Part shown: positions 7,495 through 16,048 of the stretch, piece by piece
Layout: each line of letters opens with the position of its first letter
How positions within the stretch are numbered: the first letter of the stretch is position 1
NCBI GenBank assembly: GCA_964495055.1
Contig: CAZBUI010000001.1
Span: 1-52,683, forward strand
From: an uncultured Candidatus Bathyarchaeia archaeon
GTDB lineage: Archaea > Thermoproteota > Bathyarchaeia > TCS64
DNA: 52,683 nt
Reading direction: 5' to 3'
Notes under the pieces: model-generated
What the model was told of the DNA's origin: nothing
Seen by the model: only the letters and a program-made list of their open reading frames with translations
Database searches by the model: none
Made by a program: the position numbers and the translations under genes

Positions 7495-9586
7495 GACTAC
7501 TCTTGTTTAGACGGTACCTGTTCAGGTACCCTAAGGCTGTTATGGCCCTCTCCGGCGTCGGGTACACCGGGACGCCGCTTCTCTGGAGAGCCTCGACCTC
7601 GATCTTCTGGACGTCCGCCCCGCCCAGATAGTTCACCGCCACGGGAACCCCTTTCTCCTTGGCCTTCTCCACTGCTTCTCCCAGGAGCTCGACGGTGCCC
7701 GGTATGGGGTCCCCGAAGATCACCAAGACCATGTCCGCCTCGCCGCTCTCCAGCGCGACCTCCAGCGCGTCCCTGTACAGGTAGTGCTCGGTGAGGGCGT
7801 TCCCGGTGAGGTCGAGTGGGTTCCTGAGTATGCAGTAGTCGGGCAGAACGGCGTCAAGCCGGTCCACGGTCTCCTGGGAAAGCGCGCTAAGGGCCAGCCC
7901 CGCCTTCTCCGAGGCGTCCGAGGACAGGATGCCCGCGCCCCCCGAGCTCGTCACCACGAGCAAGTTGGGGCCCCCCAGCGCGGGCAGCATCGAGAAGGCC
8001 TTCGCGGCGTCCAGGAGCTCCTCAAGGCTCTCGACGCAGATGCCTCCGCTCTGGGAGACGGCCGCCTCGAATACCTCGCCGCTGCCGGCCATGGAGCCCG
8101 TGTGGGCCAGCACCGCCTTCCTGCCCGCCTCCGTCCTGCCGCCCTTCAATATGAGCACCGGTTTGGTGGTGGAGGCGTCCCTGATGGCCTTCATGAGCTT
8201 CCTGCCCTCGTCCGTCCCCTCGGTGTACACCGCTATGACCTGTGTGCCTTCGTCGCCGCCCAGCCAGGAGATGAGGTCGGCCTCGTCCACGTCCGACTTG
8301 TTGCCGAGAGCCACGGACTTGCTATACCCGACGTGGTTGTCCACGAGGTGGGAAGGGGCCTCGAGGGCGATGGAGCCGCTCTGCGAGATGACGGCGACGC
8401 CGCCCACCCCCGCCACCAAGGGCCATGTGGCGCAGAACCCCGAGACGGGGTTGCTGACGCCCTGACAGTTGGGGCCGACGACCCTTATTCCTCCTCTGGC
8501 AGCCGTCTCCAGAACCGTCTTCTCCAGCTCGGCGCCCTCGGGGCCTATGTCCTTGAAGCCGCTTGAGATTATCACGGCGCCCTTGACTCCCTTCCGGACG
8601 CACTCCTCCATGACGCCCGGCACATACCTGGAGGGAACCACCACCACGACGGCGTCAACGTCTCCGGGCGTGTCCAGCACGCTTGGGTACGCCTTCAGCC
8701 CCAGTATCTCGCCTCCGCGGGGATTCACCGGGTAGATTGGGCCCCGGAACCCGGCGTCGACTATGTTCCGTAATATCTTGTGCCCTATCTTGTCAGGGTT
8801 GGCCGACGCGCCTATAACGGCCACCGAGGACGGGTCGAGAACCGCGTCAAGGTCGTCAGCGGGCCCCATGGCAGCTTCCTCCATGTCTTCGTCCCCGAGA
8901 ATAACCCGGGCATCCACGATCTTCGCCGCGTCCCCGTAGACCATGACGGGGTTGAGGTCTATCGCGGCGACGCCCGGGTTCTCAAGCATCAGCCTAGACG
9001 TTTTGACGATTATATCCGCTAGGACCGCCTTATCCACCACGGGCATCCCCCGTGCGCCTTCTAGGATCATACGAGACTTTATCTCGCCCATCATTTTGAT
9101 GGCCTCGTCATGGCCGAGGGGCGCCACCCTGAAGGAGACGTCTTTGATTATCTCGGTCAGTACACCGCCGACGCCGAACATGACCGTGGGGCCGAACTGG
9201 GGGTCTCTGGTGGCCCCGATTATCGCCTCCAATGAAGGTGAAGCCATCTCCTCCACCAAGACGCCGTGTATCTCGGCCTCCGGTACCTTCTCTTTTACAC
9301 GGTTGATGATCAGGTCGTAGCTTGTGATCAGCTCGTCCTCGTCGCCGATGTCGAGGGCCACGCCGCCGGCGTCAGACTTGTGGAGTACCTGGGGCGACAC
9401 GATCTTCAGCACGACGGGGAACCCGATCTCATGTGCAGCCTCGACTGCCTCCTCCCTGTCCCTCACGACGCGGTAATTCGTCGTGGGGAGCCCCACAAGG
9501 GAAAGCAGGTCCTTGGCCTCGTGCTCAAACAGAGCATTCCGTTTCTGCTCTCTTGCTTTGATGATAATCTTTTTCACTTTACTCAT
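7466..9586 (-). CDS. ADP-forming acetyl/acyl-CoA synthetase (NDP-forming, ACD), single-chain fusion with the ATP-grasp (beta) part N-terminal to the CoA-binding/ligase (alpha) part
   Basis: 706 aa. Residues about 1-235 are ATP-grasp (FEHEAKDLL, VVLKIVSPQVLHKSDAGGVALDI, DLNPV). Then comes CoA-binding SVAVIGASANPDKIGHKILRNI and YPVNPRGGEILGLKAY, followed by the phosphohistidine loop LAHTGSMAG. The 3' end overlaps the iorA start by 29 nt. Confidence 0.9.
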   Translation of the reverse strand: MSKVKKIIIKAREQKRNALFEHEAKDLLSLVGLPTTNYRVVRDREEAVEAAHEIGFPVVLKIVSPQVLHKSDAGGVALDIGDEDELITSYDLIINRVKEKVPEAEIHGVLVEEMASPSLEAIIGATRDPQFGPTVMFGVGGVLTEIIKDVSFRVAPLGHDEAIKMMGEIKSRMILEGARGMPVVDKAVLADIIVKTSRLMLENPGVAAIDLNPVMVYGDAAKIVDARVILGDEDMEEAAMGPADDLDAVLDPSSVAVIGASANPDKIGHKILRNIVDAGFRGPIYPVNPRGGEILGLKAYPSVLDTPGDVDAVVVVVPSRYVPGVMEECVRKGVKGAVIISSGFKDIGPEGAELEKTVLETAARGGIRVVGPNCQGVSNPVSGFCATWPLVAGVGGVAVISQSGSIALEAPSHLVDNHVGYSKSVALGNKSDVDEADLISWLGGDEGTQVIAVYTEGTDEGRKLMKAIRDASTTKPVLILKGGRTEAGRKAVLAHTGSMAGSGEVFEAAVSQSGGICVESLEELLDAAKAFSMLPALGGPNLLVVTSSGGAGILSSDASEKAGLALSALSQETVDRLDAVLPDYCILRNPLDLTGNALTEHYLYRDALEVALESGEADMVLVIFGDPIPGTVELLGEAVEKAKEKGVPVAVNYLGGADVQKIEVEALQRSGVPVYPTPERAITALGYLNRYRLNKSSHGGERSVDY

Positions 9587-9762
9587 CTATTACACCATTA
9601 CGCGTATAATAGATTATTATCACGTTCTTGGATAAGCGTCCCTTTGCTCAAGGCTAAACTTCACATACGTAAAAAACATGTTTCCCCCTAAATTTTGGTA
9701 TAGTACTAACATGCAGGGGATTCGATTATAGTTCTAGGCCCTCTGAGTAAAGGTTGATTAGG

Positions 9763-9770
9763 AAAAAAAA
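9763..9770 (-). terminator. Oligo-T (T8 on the minus strand) tract immediately downstream of the AOR stop
   Basis: On the minus strand the sequence reads TAA-TCCAA-TTTTTTTT-CC right after the stop at 9776-9778. This is archaeal intrinsic terminator style. Confidence 0.4.
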
Positions 9771-9775
9771 TTGGA

Positions 9776-11647
9776 TTATGCAAAATCCAGGCCCAACGTC
9801 TCTAGTTTCTCTTTTTTGGGTATGCCTGTTTCCACGTCCCAGCCGCATATCGAGTAGTAGTCATTTAGCATGGAGTCGAGTTCTTCTTCCGTGATCGCCT
9901 GTCCGTCTGTAGGTCCCCCCATTAAAGGCTCCAGGAACCTTCGAGGAAGCGTATCGTCCCTTCTCGTTATTCCCTCACGTACGTTAAAGCATCTGCAGAG
10001 AGTGTTGATCCTCTCTCCCGTCTTCATGAACTCTTCAACCGTGTAATCCCACCCAGTTACGGCGTTCAGGATCTCCACAAGATCCAATGGTTTGTAGTAA
10101 ACGCCTCCAAACCAGTATATGTTTAGGCAAAGGCTGAGAGAATTTATGACAGCCACCCAATCTGAAGTCTTCTTCATCGCTAGGACTTTGTCCCTTGAAG
10201 TATCGAGACGATGAAGCGAGGCAGCTATACCAATCTCTGGAGCCATGTCGGGGGACTCGAGGTCTGGGTCGTGCATGCTTTGGATGTGACAGGCGCCTCT
10301 ATTTGAGACGGCATACATTAATCCAAGACCCTTTTTTCCCCGGGGTTCGTGCATGGGCACTTCTAGACCCTTGACCTCCATAGCAAATCGTTCAGACCCC
10401 TTCCCGATTTTTTGTGCAGCTTTTCTCACCCCTTCGGCTAAGACATCCCCAAGGGACTCTCTGTGAGCTATCATCTCAACCATTTTGATCGCTGCTTCCG
10501 CGTTACCTAACGAGAGGTCTAAACCGTCTGTGTCTTTTTTACTGAGTATCCCGTTTTCGTAGCACTCCATAGCGAAGGCGATGCATACCCCAGTAGATAT
10601 TGTGTCCATGCTGTATGCGTTGCACAGCATGTTCATCCGAGATATCGCCTCCAGATCATCCACACCAATAAGGGAACCCAGTGAAGCCACACTCTCATAC
10701 TCCGGGCCTCCATATTCAGGTGAGACAGGCCCAAAAGGTCCATCTCTCACCTCTACAACCCTTTTACAAGCAACAGGACAACGGGGACAAGCATCCCTGT
10801 TTTTTAGAATAGTATCCGACATTTTCTGCCCAGAGATTCTATCTGCCCCAGCAAAAACACCACTTTGGAAGTTTCGTGTCGGCAATAATCCATCATTTTG
10901 AAGATCTGGAACAAACCCTGCTTGTCCATATTCTCTGAGTAAAACGGTTAATTCGTTGCTAAACGTTTGTTTCACAATTTTTTTCCGTAATTCACTGACT
11001 TTTTCGGGATATGCTACATCAACTTTTTCTGTGCCTTTCGCAGCAATGGCTTTCAAGTTCTTGGCGCCCATGATGGCGCCCAACCCCGTTCTTCCCGCGG
11101 CTCTGTGAGCTGTATGTGTAATACACGAGAATCTTACCAGTTCTTCGGAAGCTGGGCCCTCAGCTATTACCGAGGCGTCTGGACATTTGATGTCCTTTTT
11201 TATTATAGACTCGGTTTCCGCTGACCATCTGCCAATCAGTTTTTTTGCGTCAATAATTTCAATGTGCCCATCATTAATCCATAAATAAACAGGGGTTTCT
11301 GAAGCACCTTCGACTACAAGTACGTCATAACCAGATTTTTTCAGGTCGTCGGCAAACCAGCCTGAGCAATTCCCTTCACCCCAGATCCCAGTTAGCGGAG
11401 ACTTGCCGGCCACCACAAACCTAGTGTCTCCAGGAATCCCTACGGCGTTGACAGGGCCGACGGCAAACACCAGTTTGTTATCTATGTTTAGAGGATCTAT
11501 TCCTGGTTTTAACTCTCTATATAATAGATTTATAGCAAACCCTTTCCCACCGATGAATTTCCGTGCGTCTTTCTCAGAAACAACATCGGTTGAAGATTTT
11601 TTATCAGTAAGATTTACTCTGAGAATTCGACCGTTTAAACCATACAT
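9776..11647 (-). CDS. Aldehyde:ferredoxin oxidoreductase family (tungstopterin, AOR/FOR type)
   Basis: 623 aa. N-terminal GRILRVNLTD. Cluster-binding DACPRCPVACKR. EVPMHEPRG and GACHIQSMHDP motifs are typical of AOR-family enzymes. Confidence 0.9.
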   Translation of the reverse strand: MYGLNGRILRVNLTDKKSSTDVVSEKDARKFIGGKGFAINLLYRELKPGIDPLNIDNKLVFAVGPVNAVGIPGDTRFVVAGKSPLTGIWGEGNCSGWFADDLKKSGYDVLVVEGASETPVYLWINDGHIEIIDAKKLIGRWSAETESIIKKDIKCPDASVIAEGPASEELVRFSCITHTAHRAAGRTGLGAIMGAKNLKAIAAKGTEKVDVAYPEKVSELRKKIVKQTFSNELTVLLREYGQAGFVPDLQNDGLLPTRNFQSGVFAGADRISGQKMSDTILKNRDACPRCPVACKRVVEVRDGPFGPVSPEYGGPEYESVASLGSLIGVDDLEAISRMNMLCNAYSMDTISTGVCIAFAMECYENGILSKKDTDGLDLSLGNAEAAIKMVEMIAHRESLGDVLAEGVRKAAQKIGKGSERFAMEVKGLEVPMHEPRGKKGLGLMYAVSNRGACHIQSMHDPDLESPDMAPEIGIAASLHRLDTSRDKVLAMKKTSDWVAVINSLSLCLNIYWFGGVYYKPLDLVEILNAVTGWDYTVEEFMKTGERINTLCRCFNVREGITRRDDTLPRRFLEPLMGGPTDGQAITEEELDSMLNDYYSICGWDVETGIPKKEKLETLGLDFA

Positions 11648-11869
11648 GTAAGTATTTCCCCATATGAAAAATGTGAATTTTCTTATAAGTTATACTTCGA
11701 ATTAAAACAATATTAAAAATAAGGAAAAACCATTTTTAATGGCTCATGAATGAAACAAATCCAGTAAAATCCATGCATTTTTATAAATAGATCTCATCAT
11801 ATCCACAAAATAATATTAATTAGTATATCTTAGAAAAGTTATATACATTTTCTAACTTTTTTGATGTGA

Positions 11870-12778
11870 ATGTCAATGAGTGAAAAAAAAGGTTTACACC
11901 TGAAAGGTGTGATCCCAGCAGTAATAACCCCCTTTGATGAAACGGGCAAACTAGATCTTAAAGGACTTCAGATCAATCTGAGGTTCTTGATGAACCAAAA
12001 AGTCCACGGCGTCATGGTCAACGGCTGCACTGGAGAAGCAGCCAGTCTTTCACGCGAAGAACGCGTTCAGGTAATAACGACAGCCGTAAAGGAGGCTAAC
12101 GGGAAAATACCGGTCGTAGCCGGAACTGGTGCGCCGAGTACCAGGGACACTTTGGGTTTCACCAAGGATGCGTATGAAGCCGGGGCAAATGCAGCCATGA
12201 TCGTCACACCCTTCTTCCTCATACCCAACGAAGAGGGGCTGATGAAGCACTATAAGACCATATCTGATGACGTGGATATCCCCATAGTCTTGTACCATAT
12301 TCCACAGCACACGGGGGTATACCTGTCCCCCGAAAAAATGACAAGGTTATGTGAAAAGATCTCGAACATGGCGGCGATCAAGGATAGCTACGGAAACGTC
12401 GGCGAGTTTGCACAAACCGTGCAGCTGGCTGGAGACAAGGTTTCTGTGATGACGGGGGGAGACGACATACTACTCCCGGCTTTCGCTGTTGGCGCCCATG
12501 GCACGATTATCGCTCTCGGTAACATCGCCCCAGAGATGGCTGTTGAGTTGTTCGAGTCTGTGCAGGAAGGTGAATTAGAGAAAGCCCGAGATATCTACGT
12601 TAAACTTCTTCCAATTGCGTCATCCATAAGCACCTCCACTAACTTCCCGGCACCCGTAAAGGCTGCGGTCCAGCTACTGGGAAGACCCGCTGGCCCCCCG
12701 AGAAGCCCAATAGTGCCGGTGAAAGAGGATGTGAAGGAAAAGATAAGAGAGGCTTTAGTCTCTTCGGGTCTTCTATAA
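11870..12778 (+). CDS. DapA/NAL-family class I aldolase or lyase (4-hydroxy-tetrahydrodipicolinate synthase-like)
   Basis: 302 aa. GVIPAVITPF, GVMVNGCTGEAASLS and VVAGTG are present, and YHIPQHTG and IKDSYGN give the Schiff-base Lys context. True substrate cannot be assigned from sequence. Confidence 0.85.
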   Translation: MSMSEKKGLHLKGVIPAVITPFDETGKLDLKGLQINLRFLMNQKVHGVMVNGCTGEAASLSREERVQVITTAVKEANGKIPVVAGTGAPSTRDTLGFTKDAYEAGANAAMIVTPFFLIPNEEGLMKHYKTISDDVDIPIVLYHIPQHTGVYLSPEKMTRLCEKISNMAAIKDSYGNVGEFAQTVQLAGDKVSVMTGGDDILLPAFAVGAHGTIIALGNIAPEMAVELFESVQEGELEKARDIYVKLLPIASSISTSTNFPAPVKAAVQLLGRPAGPPRSPIVPVKEDVKEKIREALVSSGLL

Positions 12779-12786
12779 TTTTTTTT
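12779..12786 (+). terminator. T8 tract directly after the DapA-family stop codon
   Basis: TAA followed immediately by TTTTTTTT. Confidence 0.45.
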
Positions 12787-12963
12787 ATGCAGATTTTTCT
12801 TTCTTTTCTGTCATGTACACGTTTGATGGGTCCAGGGCTTTTCTGATGTTTACGGGTGGATCGCTGTCAACAAAGATCAATTGCTGAACATTTTCGAGAG
12901 ATTCTTATTACTTACGTAATGTAAAGGGGTTATAGTCTAATTTTGAGGTGATAAACGATAGTA

Positions 12964-13320
12964 TCAACCTCCTATCCAAATGAAGCCCCTGTCTCCTTTA
13001 CGCCAATATATAAAGTACAACGTAAACCCAACAAGCCAGATTAAAGCAAATAATACCCCTGCTATTCTATTAGGATAAATAATGCCTCTTGATATAAGCA
13101 TCCAATATCCTACGGCTGTAAACAATAAAAAAAAGCCAAGCACATAAACTCTGTTCAATCTATCATAATACAGCCTCTTTTCCTTAATCCAATCTGCATC
13201 CTTAATTTGATCTCCATACTTCATCCCATCTGTATCCTTAGATAAGTCTGTATTACAGAAAGGGCAAACGAATTCGTCTTCTTTAATTGTTCTTTTACAG
13301 TGCGGACACACTTGAACCAT
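12964..13320 (-). CDS. Zinc-ribbon membrane protein (hypothetical)
   Basis: 118 aa. CPHCKR...CPFCNT is a four-Cys ribbon at the N-terminus. Two C-terminal hydrophobic helices. Confidence 0.6.
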   Translation of the reverse strand: MVQVCPHCKRTIKEDEFVCPFCNTDLSKDTDGMKYGDQIKDADWIKEKRLYYDRLNRVYVLGFFLLFTAVGYWMLISRGIIYPNRIAGVLFALIWLVGFTLYFIYWRKGDRGFIWIGG

Positions 13321-13447
13321 CTATTCACTCTCCTTGGATTTAGTTTCACATAAGAGATCATCAATGTACATATAGAGATGATCACCAACCACAAATAATC
13401 ATCTAAATAAAACTAATTATAGTTACTAAATAATTTTAAAATTTTAA

Positions 13448-14890
13448 ATGAAAAGGGATATAAAATATTTAACAAGCTATAACAATAAAATGAAGGAAGA
13501 GAAAGTTTCTTTATTCGCAGAAATAATCAGTGATTTTTTAACTGAGGAAGAGTTTTCCTTAGAACTCGCTGAGAGATATTGCTACGTCAAGGACGTATCA
13601 CCCATCGACGTTTCTGCGGATACCCTGCCTGATGTCATCGTATGGCCCAAGACCTCTGAACAGGTTTCTAACTTGGTTAGAGTTGCATCCGAGATGTCTG
13701 TACCCGTGATTCCTAGGGGTGCAGGCAGCGGGGAGGCGGGTGGCTCTATGCCAATCGAAGGCGGTGTCATCATGGACTTGACGTTCATGAAAAACGTCCT
13801 AGCCCTAGACGAGAAAAATCTCACGTGTCTAGTTGAGCCTGGCATTGTGTGCGATGACTTGAACTTCTTCCTCAAAAAGAAGGGGTTCTTCCTGCCTCCT
13901 GTACCCGCCAGTAGTGAAATGGCGACCATCGGCGGTTGTGTAGCCAACAACGCGGGCGGATATAGGACGGTCAAATACGGGTCGTTCAAGAACTGGGTGA
14001 TGGAGCTAGAGGTGGTTCTCCCTGATGGCGATACCATCAGGACTGGAGCAAAGACGAGAAAATCCTCGTCAGGATACGACTTGACAAGGCTTTACGTTGG
14101 GTCTGAAGGCACGCTGGGGGTCTTCACTAAAATACTGCTGAGGATACATCCGCTGCCGCAGTGCATCAGGCTGGTGACTGCGACCTTTGATGACGTCATA
14201 GACGCCTGTGACATGGCTGTCGAGTTGATGTCCAGCGACATAATGCCTTCGGCGGTTGAGATAATGGACAGTCTTTCGATTGAAGCCGTGAGAAACTTTG
14301 GCGTGGAGCTTCCGAGATGCGACTCGATCTTGATTGTCGAGTTGGACGGTTTTGAACTCGATGTGGAGCAGAGGGTAGAAAGGGTAAGAAGAATTGCTTT
14401 GGATCATAATGCATCTGATGTTAATGTAGGGACAAGTGAGGAGGAGATAAACGCGTTATGGAAAGGGAGAAAGTCCATCACACCGGCCCTTGTCGCGATA
14501 AAGCCGAACATCATCGACGAGGACATAGCCGTACCCGTAGCAAGTGCCCCCGACCTCTTTAGACACATCAAGAAGATATCCGAAAAACTTGACATCGACA
14601 TAGCGACCTACGGTCACGTCGGTGACGGTAACCTGCATCCAGACATACTGTTCGACAAGAGAAACCCTGAGGAAATTAAAAAGGCATTTATGGCTGTGGA
14701 GATGTTACGTGAAGCTACTTTATCGTTGGATGGAACAGTCACCGCTGAACATGGTATCGGATTAAGAAGAAAGAAATATCTGGAAAAGGAGTATGGGGAA
14801 AAAGAAGTAACAATAATGAATCAGATAAAGCTTGCATTAGATCCAAAGAACATTATGAACCCAAAAAAAATACTTGACTTGGGTGAGTGA
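13448..14890 (+). CDS. FAD-linked oxidase (GlcD / D-lactate or D-2-hydroxyacid dehydrogenase family)
   Basis: 480 aa. FAD-binding PCMH region PDVIVWPKTSEQVSNLVRVASEMSVPVIPRGAGSG. C-terminal GTVTAEHGIGLRRKKYL and LDPKNIMNPKKI. Confidence 0.9.
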   Translation: MKRDIKYLTSYNNKMKEEKVSLFAEIISDFLTEEEFSLELAERYCYVKDVSPIDVSADTLPDVIVWPKTSEQVSNLVRVASEMSVPVIPRGAGSGEAGGSMPIEGGVIMDLTFMKNVLALDEKNLTCLVEPGIVCDDLNFFLKKKGFFLPPVPASSEMATIGGCVANNAGGYRTVKYGSFKNWVMELEVVLPDGDTIRTGAKTRKSSSGYDLTRLYVGSEGTLGVFTKILLRIHPLPQCIRLVTATFDDVIDACDMAVELMSSDIMPSAVEIMDSLSIEAVRNFGVELPRCDSILIVELDGFELDVEQRVERVRRIALDHNASDVNVGTSEEEINALWKGRKSITPALVAIKPNIIDEDIAVPVASAPDLFRHIKKISEKLDIDIATYGHVGDGNLHPDILFDKRNPEEIKKAFMAVEMLREATLSLDGTVTAEHGIGLRRKKYLEKEYGEKEVTIMNQIKLALDPKNIMNPKKILDLGE

Positions 14891-14891
14891 A

Positions 14892-16004
14892 ATGGTGCAG
14901 TTTAATGAAGATATTCAAGAAGAATTGATTAAATGCACTCACTGTGGAACATGTAGATCGATTTGCACAACATTTGCTTACAAAGGAAAAGAGTCCTATA
15001 ACTCCCGTGGGAGAATATTTCTCTTGGAAGGTCTAGAGGAAGGGAAAATAGGTTTTGATGAAGGAGTAATTGAGAGAATATATTCGTGTAGCATGTGTAG
15101 GGCTTGTGAGTCGTTGTGCCCTTCCTCCGTCAAATTCACCGACATGATGAAGTGCGTAAGAAATCAGTTAGCCGCAGAGCATGTTGGGCCACTGGTTAAC
15201 CATGAAGAGATGGCGTCGCTGATTGATGATTCTGGGAACATATTCGGTGAACCTCAGAGACTGGTTGATATTTCCCCGGAGGTGAGGAAGCTACCAGATG
15301 AGGCTCCAAATCTTCTCTATCTAGGCTGCACAGTGTCTGCGTTTCAACCCGCCCTCGCTGATACGACGATAAGGATCTTACTCGAAGCTGGGTACGACTT
15401 CACCATGATGAAGGACGGCGAATATTGCTGTTCATCGTTTCTGGATCTGGTGGGGTTAAAGCAAAACTATGAAGCCGCGATGGAAACGAATTTACGGAGA
15501 CTCAAATCTCTGGGTGTTTCAAATGTAGTCACTATATGTCCTTTTTGTTATGGGGCGTTCCATGAGTTATCTGAGAGAGTCAAGTCAATAGGCTCACAGC
15601 ACACGACTGAGATACTGTATGACCTTGTGAAGAAAGGGAAATTGGACCTGAAAAAAAGCTTCGATCACACTGTTACGTATTTCGATCCTTGTCATCTGGG
15701 GAGATACCATGGAATGTATGAGGTCCCGAGGGAGCTAGTCAAGTCGGTGCCGGGAATAGAGTATGTGGATATGAAGAGGAACCGGGAGAGCTCTTTGTGC
15801 TGTGGAGGGACGATAAGGGTGCCGTACTATGATACTAGATCCGGTATGAGTGAGATGATTGTCAAGGACGCCTATGAGTCGGGTGCCGAGTACATTATCA
15901 CTGCGTGTCCCAGTTGTCTGCATAACCTGAGCACCGTGTCATTTGAGTACGATATAGAAGTGATGAACATTGAGGATTTGATTGCGTACTCCATGAATAT
16001 CTAA
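14892..16004 (+). CDS. Fe-S oxidoreductase (GlcF / heterodisulfide-reductase-like, 2x[4Fe-4S] plus CCG domains)
   Basis: CTHCGTCRSIC and CSMCRACESLCP ferredoxin motifs. CCG-type motifs CCSS, DPCHLGR and CCGG. I prefer the ATG at 14892, one nt after the GlcD stop with GGTGAG upstream, over the TTG at 14874 given in the ORF track. Confidence 0.85.
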   Translation: MVQFNEDIQEELIKCTHCGTCRSICTTFAYKGKESYNSRGRIFLLEGLEEGKIGFDEGVIERIYSCSMCRACESLCPSSVKFTDMMKCVRNQLAAEHVGPLVNHEEMASLIDDSGNIFGEPQRLVDISPEVRKLPDEAPNLLYLGCTVSAFQPALADTTIRILLEAGYDFTMMKDGEYCCSSFLDLVGLKQNYEAAMETNLRRLKSLGVSNVVTICPFCYGAFHELSERVKSIGSQHTTEILYDLVKKGKLDLKKSFDHTVTYFDPCHLGRYHGMYEVPRELVKSVPGIEYVDMKRNRESSLCCGGTIRVPYYDTRSGMSEMIVKDAYESGAEYIITACPSCLHNLSTVSFEYDIEVMNIEDLIAYSMNI

Positions 16005-16048
16005 TATTCACTTTTAATGTATGGAAAATATCTAGGGTTTTATGGGTT

